Both the position numbers and the translations under genes were made by a program. The notes beneath the pieces are model-generated. The model worked only from the letters and a program-made list of their open reading frames with translations. It was not told where the DNA came from and made no database searches. A DNA stretch of 51,428 bases from a virus (Duplodnaviria > Caudoviricetes). The DNA lies in the IMG/VR virus record IMGVR_UViG_3300042291_000667, positions 1-51,428 of that record; one strand, 5' to 3'. How positions within the stretch are numbered: position 1 is the first letter of the stretch; each line of letters opens with the position of its first letter. Of this stretch, positions 1 through 8,424 are shown in pieces.

Positions 1-161
1 TTTGACACATTGATAACATACTCGTCGAGCACCCAGCGGCGTGACTCTACTTCTGGCCGCCCTTTGTGGAATAGCTCAACATTTGCGCCGAGCTGTTTTT
101 GTATTTCAGCGATCAGTGAACTTTTCCCTGACGCGTCTGTGCCTTCTATTACGATAAACAT
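1..161 (-). CDS. Thymidylate/dNMP kinase-like P-loop protein (partial, runs off the left edge)
   Basis: Not in the ORF track. Manual translation from ATG at 161 gives MFIVIEGTDASGKSSLIAEIQKQLG..., the N-terminal hhhhEGxDxxGKS P-loop of dTMP-kinase-like proteins. Confidence 0.8.
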   Translation of the reverse strand, partial: MFIVIEGTDASGKSSLIAEIQKQLGANVELFHKGRPEVESRRWVLDEYVINVS

Positions 162-211
162 GTGTCTCTCAGTCTTTGATTTAGAAATCGTACCACGTAC
201 GTGCGTCAGAT

Positions 212-682
212 CTAAGGAATCATTTCAATTCTGTAGACTGACTCAATTCCTTTATCAATAGACGCGGCATCGTCAAGAAGGCGCTGAGCTACATTTGTAA
301 GATACCGCGCGCCGCTATTATCGTACTTGTATAATGCTTCAAGTACTGCTGATGGTTCATCGCTTACTTGTGCCCAATAGCGATCTTTTTCAGGAAATAC
401 GAGTTCAGCGGCAAATGACGGTCTGCAGTCGTCGCATGGAATCACGTCCTTGCGCAGCTCGCTAACGCCAACTTCTGTTAGTCCGTATCGCTTTACGAGC
501 GGACATGCTGCGCTGTGGTAAATCGTTGAAACGCCCACACGTGACAAAACGTACGAGCCACTTTCTGTCTTATAGAGCTCAAACTCAATCCAACGATGCG
601 AACCATGCCTATGTGACGAGGACTTTCCAAGCAGGGTTCCGTTAAACTTAAGAATCCTTGATCCGTCTTTTACTTCAATCAT
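212..682 (-). CDS. Hypothetical phage protein, possible Zn-binding
   Basis: 156-aa ORF co-oriented with its neighbours; H..C and CDDC motifs. Confidence 0.75.
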   Translation of the reverse strand: MIEVKDGSRILKFNGTLLGKSSSHRHGSHRWIEFELYKTESGSYVLSRVGVSTIYHSAACPLVKRYGLTEVGVSELRKDVIPCDDCRPSFAAELVFPEKDRYWAQVSDEPSAVLEALYKYDNSGARYLTNVAQRLLDDAASIDKGIESVYRIEMIP

Positions 683-787
683 TTTTCTGTCATTTCTATG
701 CGAACTATTGTCTATAAACTACCATAGTCCACACCTGGTATTGGTTACAATTTTACATCAAGATATACAATTTAAGTTGTATCTATC

Positions 788-1963
788 TTACATACTCTCT
801 AGAGCACTAATGCGATCTTCTAGTTCACTAACTTTTTCCTTCAAAATGTCAGATTCCGCTAGTACCTCTTTTAAGACAGGAAATAAAATAACACTAAGTT
901 TTGAATAGTCAATGCCCCATGGCAAGCCATCTTTTTCTGAACCTGTAAAGACGACACTTGGGTAGATTTCATAAACGTCTTGAGCAATGAATCCATATCT
1001 ATCAATATCTACGTCATCTATTAAATTATATTTCACTGGTTGAACATTTTTTAAGACATTTTTTGCATAACTAGCGTCCATATCGGTTATATTTGTCTTC
1101 AATCTTCTATCAGAATAAGCTGATTCGAAGTCTCTAAAGACAGTTTTTGCTTTGATAAATGAAGATCTCATTTCACTATATAAATACGACCCACTTGCTG
1201 TCCCTTCAACTTTTATCCCGCCCTCTGAGTCTGGCCCGTTTAAGCTTATTGTAGTGTAATAGGTGGCAAAAATTGAACTATAGTTATAGTTAGATGAAAT
1301 TGTACCGTTACTATTCATGGTAACAGTTGATGTTATTGATGTAAGAAAGTCGCCAGACGCAGCACTTGCTGTTAGCGACCCACCTGAAATTTGATAGGCA
1401 CCAATACTGCCATCGTTGGCAGTAATTGTGCCAGCAATATTCGCGTTTGTTGCGCGCATAGTGCCATTTGTTTCTACACGAAATGGGTACAGACCTCCAA
1501 CGGGTGCGCCTGCGCGTATTTCGATGCTATTGAGGGCTCCAGCTGTGATCTGCCCAGCGTCAAGGTTTGATGTGACAATGACACTTGCGTCTAAAGATCC
1601 TGCTGTAATCTTGTTTGCACTAATACTTGCCAGCGCGCTATTTCCTAGCGTAAAGCCTGTCCATACTCCGCTAGTGTAGCGATAAAATTTGTTGCCGTCA
1701 TCAGTGTCAAACCAAAGGTCGCCTTCGACGTACGACCCACCAGTCGGTTGTGTTGTTTGTCGATAGATGCTATTTTTTCCATCAGCTGTCGTCTGAATCG
1801 TGCTCAGCGTTGAGTTCACGTCAGGACTTAGCGACGGCCCAGTCACAGCACCAGGCGCCAGTCTTCTTGGTATGTTTGATCTACGTGACACATTGAGTTT
1901 TGTCTCAATGTAGCTTAAGCGTCTTCCAATAGTACGCTTACTTCTTCTCAGGTTACTCGCCAA
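788..1963 (-). CDS. Tail fibre/spike with C-terminal intramolecular chaperone (peptidase S74-like)
   Basis: GDLWFDTDDGNK and ISANKITAG beta-repeats, then SDRRLKTNI...YGFIAQDV...IDYSKL and a terminal coiled coil. Confidence 0.85.
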   Translation of the reverse strand: MASNLRRSKRTIGRRLSYIETKLNVSRRSNIPRRLAPGAVTGPSLSPDVNSTLSTIQTTADGKNSIYRQTTQPTGGSYVEGDLWFDTDDGNKFYRYTSGVWTGFTLGNSALASISANKITAGSLDASVIVTSNLDAGQITAGALNSIEIRAGAPVGGLYPFRVETNGTMRATNANIAGTITANDGSIGAYQISGGSLTASAASGDFLTSITSTVTMNSNGTISSNYNYSSIFATYYTTISLNGPDSEGGIKVEGTASGSYLYSEMRSSFIKAKTVFRDFESAYSDRRLKTNITDMDASYAKNVLKNVQPVKYNLIDDVDIDRYGFIAQDVYEIYPSVVFTGSEKDGLPWGIDYSKLSVILFPVLKEVLAESDILKEKVSELEDRISALESM

Positions 1964-3992
1964 TTTTATCGACCTCCGACTCAGTGATGAGATTTAACTC
2001 AACAGTTTCTGGAAATGACGATCCGTCAGGAACGGACACTTTATACGACTCAATTTTGCGTAGCAGTATTTCGCTACGAATTTCAAGTTGACTTGACAGT
2101 CGCATTTGTACAAAATCATCATCGATAATAAGACAGCACCAATCGCCAGGGTCATACGAACCTACAACAGGCGTGACGGATCCATTGATAGTTACTTTAA
2201 TGTCAGACACAGGCGGCTTAAATTCAGACAAGTATCGCTGTGCGTGCGAGTAAAGTTTTTCTTCGTCAAACTCACCGTTTCGACTTTCTTCTGAGTCTAG
2301 AAGCGGCCAACCTTGCAGAAGAAGATCATTTGCAGTCGCAACAGCATATGGTTGACTTGAATCTCCAGACAGTGCTTCGTCTGATCCAACAACAAAAAAT
2401 CGCGTGGCAGCGTCTTCTGCAGATTCATCCATTTCAACGTTCATCACGTTTCCTGGGTACTCAAAGATCAAATTCTGCGCACCAAAGCGTTCAATTGGTG
2501 ACGGTTCTCCGGCAGGCGGAGGATCCGGGTAGTTAATTGGAATTAGCACGAACGTGCGCTTGAACGACCCAGTTACCGTGTCGTAGTCGCAATCAATTCT
2601 GTATTCAAAGCCGTCAACAGTGTCTGAATACTCGTCGAGTTCTTCGCCAACTGAGCGAAGTTCACTGCCACGGTAAAGTTTGTTTGCGACAGACACTCCA
2701 CTGTATTCTTCAGTCGAAAACTCAATGCCAATATCTGAGTTGCTAGGATATGATCCATATGTTCCGTACACGATTGACGGTGTGATAGTGACAAGACCGC
2801 CAACTGGTGAACCAGTGTAAGCCACCGCAGTTGGACTGGCACTGTAATAAACAGCTCTCTTAGTCGACGAATTTACGCTCTCAACGTAGCGTTTTCCGTT
2901 AAAGATTGCTTCAGTCCCAGCAGGATCATCTACTCCGCTAATTTCAATCAAATCTCCAGCAGAAAAAGTAGGAGTCGTTGCCGTTTCAATTGTTGCGTAA
3001 AATGACGCAGATGGCATAGTCGTGTCTTCTGGCACAGAGTTCGACTTATAGCTAACAGTAAATGTTGTTGGAGATACTGCGGTATACGCAACATTAGCAT
3101 TCGTGCGGTCATACGTTACAGTCGTAGCCGTAACACGTGTAACTGTAAATACGCCATCAAACGGCGCACCAATATTTGTCACTTCTATAGTTTGACCTGG
3201 CTGCACTCCGTGTGCTGCAGAAAGAGTAAGAGTTGCTTCATTTGAAGTCAATTGTTTGTGCGTAACAGTGTCAATAAACTTTTTAGCTGGCTGAATCTCG
3301 TTGTTTGGAAACTCAATATCTACAAAGTCTTCCATCGTGTTTACAACAAGACTTCTTACGTAGTCATATGTGTCTACGCGAACAGTTACGGTTACGCCTG
3401 TGTACACAGCATTAAGAACTCCAGGCGTTGCCAACGAAAAAGTCGTAGACGTAGGTGAAGGACTAGACGCAATGTCATACGCTCCAGATTGGTCAGCTGA
3501 CAAGTTTTGAGGAATCGTAATCTTTACTGGCATGTTAGCTGTAAACGGGTATGACCCTGTGTCTAAGACAACACTAGACACACCGCCAGATGCTGTTAAA
3601 GTTGCTGAGTATTCGTGGCTAAACGTTTTCCAGATGTTTCTGTGGTACAGGTAGCTAGTAAACTCAGCGCCATTGACAGAAATGCTTTTATCTGTAACTG
3701 AATATGAGCGTGACCAAATGATTCCGCCCCACACGCATTCGTTGTTGCGTACAATGTATAGGCCTGTGCGCCCTGGCATTGTGTTGTCATACAGATCCAT
3801 AGCTGATGTCTTGTCGAGAACAGGTACTGTTCCGCTAAAGCTTCCTGCGCTTTTAATAGCGCGCTCATAGCTGACGCCAGTAAAAGGCACCTCAGCGAGC
3901 ACATCGTTTGTAAGTAAGTCTGTTACAAAGTATCTATATATAGGTACTACTGTGTCAAATGCAGCCATGGTACGTCTTTCATAATCATCCAA
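1953..3992 (-). CDS. Minor tail / baseplate hub protein (start may be at 3968)
   Basis: 679 aa, follows the Dit-like gene. YRYFVTDLLT...VWGGIIWSR N-terminus and FEYPGNV...YDPGD C-terminus resemble siphophage hub proteins; Thr-rich beta domains are inserted. Confidence 0.75.
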   Translation of the reverse strand: MDDYERRTMAAFDTVVPIYRYFVTDLLTNDVLAEVPFTGVSYERAIKSAGSFSGTVPVLDKTSAMDLYDNTMPGRTGLYIVRNNECVWGGIIWSRSYSVTDKSISVNGAEFTSYLYHRNIWKTFSHEYSATLTASGGVSSVVLDTGSYPFTANMPVKITIPQNLSADQSGAYDIASSPSPTSTTFSLATPGVLNAVYTGVTVTVRVDTYDYVRSLVVNTMEDFVDIEFPNNEIQPAKKFIDTVTHKQLTSNEATLTLSAAHGVQPGQTIEVTNIGAPFDGVFTVTRVTATTVTYDRTNANVAYTAVSPTTFTVSYKSNSVPEDTTMPSASFYATIETATTPTFSAGDLIEISGVDDPAGTEAIFNGKRYVESVNSSTKRAVYYSASPTAVAYTGSPVGGLVTITPSIVYGTYGSYPSNSDIGIEFSTEEYSGVSVANKLYRGSELRSVGEELDEYSDTVDGFEYRIDCDYDTVTGSFKRTFVLIPINYPDPPPAGEPSPIERFGAQNLIFEYPGNVMNVEMDESAEDAATRFFVVGSDEALSGDSSQPYAVATANDLLLQGWPLLDSEESRNGEFDEEKLYSHAQRYLSEFKPPVSDIKVTINGSVTPVVGSYDPGDWCCLIIDDDFVQMRLSSQLEIRSEILLRKIESYKVSVPDGSSFPETVELNLITESEVDKIGE

Positions 3993-5196
3993 TCCATCCA
4001 GATCTGTAATATATCTTTAGCGACGCGGTTGAGTTTGCAGCGCCTTCGTCAATAAATTTTACAACATTTGCGCCAGCGGACAGTGTCGTCCAGTCGACAA
4101 GAGCATCAATCATTGCTCGTGCGCCTGTAGTAATTCCGTTCACCGCAACCTCTCGAGTGTAGGTGTCGATTTCCATAACATCAGCGGTTCTAACAGCGCT
4201 GCCGCTAGCGGCAGTTGATATTACGTTTGTTGCAGTTTTTAGGTAAGAAAATGTTGTGCTACTTGGAATATCAGTAATTGAGTACTCGCCATTGAATGTA
4301 GAGTCAACACCAGAAATAGTAACTATGTCGTTGATCTGTAGAGTGTGCACTGCTGACGTTGTCAGTGTAGCGACATTGCTTGTCAGCGCTTTATTAGAAA
4401 TTGTCCGCGTCTCTGCTCCACGTAGCGGGTCGACAATCGTAAAGAGCTCGTCAGACGTTTCGTTATAAATCGTCGCTGCACCAACGACAGGGCCAGTGAT
4501 TTCCATAAAGATCGAGACGGCTGCATTTCCAACGTTAGTGATTGTTGCCTGCCCAGTAGCGCTAGTTGCTACGTTTTTGCATGGAATAGTTGTGAGATCG
4601 TAGCCTTCTGGATCTGAGTCATTCCACGAGTACTTAAGCGGATCTGCTGCGCGTAGCCCGATCGAAAAGTCAGTACGACCTCTTGCATTTACTGTCGCAA
4701 TTTCTGGTCGACCGCTAAGTCGCACAAACGCGGCTCTTGTAGGGCTTTCTCTTGTCTTTAGCCACGCACCGTCGTAAACAAGATTGGCGGCATTGATGAG
4801 CGTGTTTCTCGCTGTCGGAACATTGCTCGGGTTTTTAGTAATGAACGATCCTGTTAGCGTAATGTCGCGAGCCTGCCAACGTCCACGCGCATCATACGAG
4901 CCGTCGCCCCACCCTCGAGTAAGCTCTGGGAACTCAGGCTCCGGAAGATCCCACCAGCCTTGAATATCAGTACACACCCAGACCACTCCATTTGAGTCAA
5001 TTTTGTTTAGCACTAAATCACCAAAAAGAATGTCCTCTTGAAGTTTAAGTCCAGTAAAGACTGGAGGAGGAAGAGGGCTAAGAGATACGTTGACAGTCGT
5101 AGTTTCATATGCCTGCGACGGGCCGTCAATATACGCCTCAGAGCCATATGGACCTATGCCGTAGCCATAGATATTTTCATATGTAGTGGTAGTCAT
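3985..5196 (-). CDS. Distal tail (Dit)-like protein
   Basis: IQGWWD.P...GDG.Y...RDITLTG...LRAADPLKY motifs and C-terminal L.AGAN...YRSGW; position after the tape measure. Confidence 0.8.
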   Translation of the reverse strand: MTTTTYENIYGYGIGPYGSEAYIDGPSQAYETTTVNVSLSPLPPPVFTGLKLQEDILFGDLVLNKIDSNGVVWVCTDIQGWWDLPEPEFPELTRGWGDGSYDARGRWQARDITLTGSFITKNPSNVPTARNTLINAANLVYDGAWLKTRESPTRAAFVRLSGRPEIATVNARGRTDFSIGLRAADPLKYSWNDSDPEGYDLTTIPCKNVATSATGQATITNVGNAAVSIFMEITGPVVGAATIYNETSDELFTIVDPLRGAETRTISNKALTSNVATLTTSAVHTLQINDIVTISGVDSTFNGEYSITDIPSSTTFSYLKTATNVISTAASGSAVRTADVMEIDTYTREVAVNGITTGARAMIDALVDWTTLSAGANVVKFIDEGAANSTASLKIYYRSGWIG

Positions 5197-5321
5197 TTTT
5201 GCGCTCTTTCTTCTCTTCTTCGTTTTCGGCTACGTTCATCAGTACAGATCATTCGTCTGTAGCGATTCTATCCTAGTCTTGTACGGTGTACTTGCCTGAA
5301 CTTGGCAGCTAAACGCAAGTT

Positions 5322-5567
5322 TTACCACTTATTTATGGGGCACGAGGCGTGTAGCAAAGTAGTTTTAGCAGGCATAAAGCAGCCGCATTTTGAGCACTGT
5401 TTTGTTACGAGGAAGTGGGGGCACTCTTCGCAAATAGAGTACCTTCTATCCTTTTCTTCGTCTGAGGCATATTTAGTCTGAGGATTGATAAAATCTATAG
5501 GAGAAACTATGCCCTGCCTCTGCTTTTCGGCGTTTCTCTTTTTCCATTCGTCCCATGCTGAGCTCAT
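5322..5567 (-). CDS. Small Cys-rich (Zn-ribbon-like) phage protein
   Basis: RYSICEECPHF..KQCSKCGCFM..KT.L..ASCPINKW, six Cys in a compact motif (DUF6171-like from memory). Confidence 0.75.
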   Translation of the reverse strand: MSSAWDEWKKRNAEKQRQGIVSPIDFINPQTKYASDEEKDRRYSICEECPHFLVTKQCSKCGCFMPAKTTLLHASCPINKW

Positions 5568-5628
5568 AAAAATCTCTCCATTTCATATCTAAACTAGTTG
5601 TGTATGATACTATACCTATACACTGAAA

Positions 5629-5895
5629 ATGAAGGAGTTTATCATGGGATTAGAGCAATTCTTGACAGAAGAAGACAAAGCGGCGTCGCTAACAGAAGTG
5701 CGTTCTTTCATGTATAAAGAACTCTTTCAATTATGCATTCGTGTTGGTATTGACCCGATGGATTTCGAGTACGAAACATGGGAAATACCTGAATATACGG
5801 AAGAGAACAGACATCTTGCTCAAATGTACGGAACCATTAATCAGACCTGCAAAAATTTAATCATTATTGACAGAAAACTTGCTGGAAACCAATAA
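5629..5895 (+). CDS. Hypothetical protein (opposite-strand cassette gene 1; start may be the second Met after AAGGAG)
   Basis: 88-aa ORF fills a gap with no long minus-strand ORF. AAGGAG precedes the second ATG; TAATG coupling to the next gene. Confidence 0.7.
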   Translation: MKEFIMGLEQFLTEEDKAASLTEVRSFMYKELFQLCIRVGIDPMDFEYETWEIPEYTEENRHLAQMYGTINQTCKNLIIIDRKLAGNQ

Positions 5896-6602
5896 TGGAA
5901 AGAGGGTACAGGCTCCCAGAAAAAATTATTTTTAAGGCTCCAAATGTTCTGAATCAAGGAAAATTTATATTGGCAAAGTCGATGTTCATTATAGATGGAT
6001 ATAACGTCCCCCGTTCGGGCAGGTGCGATACCATGACTTATTATTGTGAATCGACGACCATTAACACCGATTTTGAAGATGAAGAATTAGTTTTAGGTAA
6101 ATACAATCCATATCTAGATATTAATTATTCTATTCATCATGTATCAATGTCGGAAATAGTGCTTGATGTTTCCCCTTTGTTTTGTATTGTTTTTACTAAA
6201 GTTTCGACTCCAGGACTAGACGGACGGTCATATCATGCACCGGAACTTCAAGAAGGGGACTACCCTGGTGCAACGCGTTCGGGATTATCGTTAAGTGAAT
6301 TTTTTAAGAACACTCGTGAATGGTCTTTTATGACCGAAGAGCCATTTAACTCTGAGCACCCACATGCAGTCTATTCAAAGATGCTATTTGACACCCTAAA
6401 CCCGCCACAAGAAATTCTTGACGAGATTGACGCAATGCCAGAAATGCACCTCGCTAGGTTTCTAAAAGGTGATGAAAACTTCAGAGATTATGTTGAAGAC
6501 TTCCCACAGATGTCGGAAAACATGATTGCATGGTTTAAGGCAAAACGTGAAGAGTTCCCGCGCAAGTTTACTTCTCAGCATTTAGAAGAAGTGGTTATTT
6601 AA
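5895..6602 (+). CDS. Hypothetical protein (opposite-strand cassette gene 2)
   Basis: 235-aa ORF, stop/start overlap with the upstream gene, ends 1 nt from the convergent fibre gene stop. Confidence 0.75.
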   Translation: MERGYRLPEKIIFKAPNVLNQGKFILAKSMFIIDGYNVPRSGRCDTMTYYCESTTINTDFEDEELVLGKYNPYLDINYSIHHVSMSEIVLDVSPLFCIVFTKVSTPGLDGRSYHAPELQEGDYPGATRSGLSLSEFFKNTREWSFMTEEPFNSEHPHAVYSKMLFDTLNPPQEILDEIDAMPEMHLARFLKGDENFRDYVEDFPQMSENMIAWFKAKREEFPRKFTSQHLEEVVI

Positions 6603-6603
6603 C

Positions 6604-8424
6604 TTACTTAACAAATACGGTGTCTACGCATCCGACCGGCGTGATTCTGTGAGTATTGGAAGCGGAACAGTATTCACGATCGTAAGCATAATAGTTACCG
6701 TTTGCGGGACCACCGCAGTTGACGCCATGGACAATAACTCCTTGCGGGTCGTTGTTCATGTAAATATACGGGGTGTTAGCGAAAACAGTCTGTTCCTCAA
6801 TGTATGTAAAAGCCTGAAGTCCATGGCCGGGGTAGTCGTAGGTACCAGAAACATTGGCGTCGGACCAATTACCGCAACCTGAACATGAAGTACATGTTTC
6901 TGCCGAGCAGTCACCGCACGTTCCAGCCGTACACGTAGAGAAAGCAGCATCACATGGCGCGGTACTGTTTTGATTGTAACTAGCACCGGTTTCTTGCGCG
7001 CCTCTTGTCCACTTGTAACAAGTTTTAGAAGCAGTTCCTCTAGTGGATGCTCCTCTCGTTCCGGCTGTGCAGGTACAAGTTTGAGTGCCGCAGCCACTAG
7101 AACATGCCCCACAACTGCAGACAGACGCAGTACAAGCAGAACAGGTTGGAAGGGGGCAGTCTGTTTTGTCAATAGTAACTGCGGTAGATGTCCAACCACC
7201 ATAACCGACCGTGGATATGGCACTGTATGGACCGGTTCCAAGACTGTTGACTGCCGCTACTCTTACTTTAGTTGTGGTACTTGTATATCCAGGGTCAAAT
7301 GTTTTAGTAGTGGAAGTAGAGCCAGTTGCTGCAGCAGTTGCAAAAGTAGAACCACTGTCAGTTGTTGTCTGGTACACGTATCCAGTAATTGCACTACCGC
7401 CGTTTGCGGTGGGTGCGGTCCATGCCAACGAATCCGTAGTGTTAGTAGTACTGAGAGTCATCGTTCCTATTGTTGGAGCGCCAGGAACTATGTTTGTAAC
7501 AACCACTCCAGATTCTGCTGTAGTACCAAAACCATTAGCTGCGTTTCTTGCTGAAACTCTAAACTTGTAAGATCCTCCGTTGTTCAGTCCAGTTACAGAT
7601 ATTGACGTATCGGTAGTTCCTGTATTCGCGTTGAAAACCGTGTAACTCGAATAAGGCGACAGAGCGTATTCAATCTTGTAACCGTCTATGCTTGAGCCGC
7701 CATTGCTTGCCGGAGCAGTCCACGAAACGGTTGATGCCGTTACTCCGTTTGGTGTTCCAGAAACACTGGTTGGTGCGCCTGGAACAGTCGAAGGAACAGC
7801 GCTTGCTGAGATAGAAGAATACGCGCCAGTTCCAACCGCGTTGACTGCCGCTACTCGGAAGTAGTAAGTAGTTCCGTTAGAAAGACCAGTTACGGTTGCA
7901 CTAGTTGAAGTAGATGTTCCGTCAGCAAACGTTGTAACAGACGAAGCGAACGTCGCAGAAGTTGAATACTCAACTATGTAATCCGTGATAGCAGAACCGT
8001 TGCTGGCTGCCGCTGTCCATGAAAGTGGAACCTGTGTATTTTGACTTGCTGTAGGCGTGGGCGTGCCCGGCGCTCCTGGAGCTGTCGCAGTTGCCACTTC
8101 AGCAGATGCCGTGGAGTATGGACCGTCTCCAATGGCATTTTTCGCCAGTACCCTAAACGTGTACGAAGTTCCAGCCGAAAGACCAGTAACAGTAGTAGAC
8201 GCGGTCGCTGATACGCCGTCTGTAAACGTTAGCCATGTTGAGCCACTGTCGCTTGAATATTGAACCGTGTAGTCAGTAATGGCACTGCCGCCATTACTTA
8301 TTGGCGCAGACCATGTAAGGCTAATTTGTTCGATTCCCGCCGTGCCTACAACGTTAGTAACAACGCCAGGAGCACCAGGCCCACTTCCGCTACTTGCGGC
8401 TGCAGCAAAAAAACCAGATCTCAC
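6604..8424 (-). CDS. Fibronectin type III repeat fibre/accessory protein with Cys-rich C-terminus
   Basis: Four repeats of PGAP...L.W.AP..NGGS.I..Y...Y.F.V.A.N..G.G, followed by about 20 Cys in the C-terminal region. Confidence 0.85.
   Translation of the reverse strand: MRSGFFAAAASSGSGPGAPGVVTNVVGTAGIEQISLTWSAPISNGGSAITDYTVQYSSDSGSTWLTFTDGVSATASTTVTGLSAGTSYTFRVLAKNAIGDGPYSTASAEVATATAPGAPGTPTPTASQNTQVPLSWTAAASNGSAITDYIVEYSTSATFASSVTTFADGTSTSTSATVTGLSNGTTYYFRVAAVNAVGTGAYSSISASAVPSTVPGAPTSVSGTPNGVTASTVSWTAPASNGGSSIDGYKIEYALSPYSSYTVFNANTGTTDTSISVTGLNNGGSYKFRVSARNAANGFGTTAESGVVVTNIVPGAPTIGTMTLSTTNTTDSLAWTAPTANGGSAITGYVYQTTTDSGSTFATAAATGSTSTTKTFDPGYTSTTTKVRVAAVNSLGTGPYSAISTVGYGGWTSTAVTIDKTDCPLPTCSACTASVCSCGACSSGCGTQTCTCTAGTRGASTRGTASKTCYKWTRGAQETGASYNQNSTAPCDAAFSTCTAGTCGDCSAETCTSCSGCGNWSDANVSGTYDYPGHGLQAFTYIEEQTVFANTPYIYMNNDPQGVIVHGVNCGGPANGNYYAYDREYCSASNTHRITPVGCVDTVFVK

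Noticed and set aside
5322-8424. Diversity-generating retroelement or invertible fibre switch
   Set aside because: No reverse transcriptase, no template/variable repeat pair, no invertase and no flanking inverted repeats were seen in this window.
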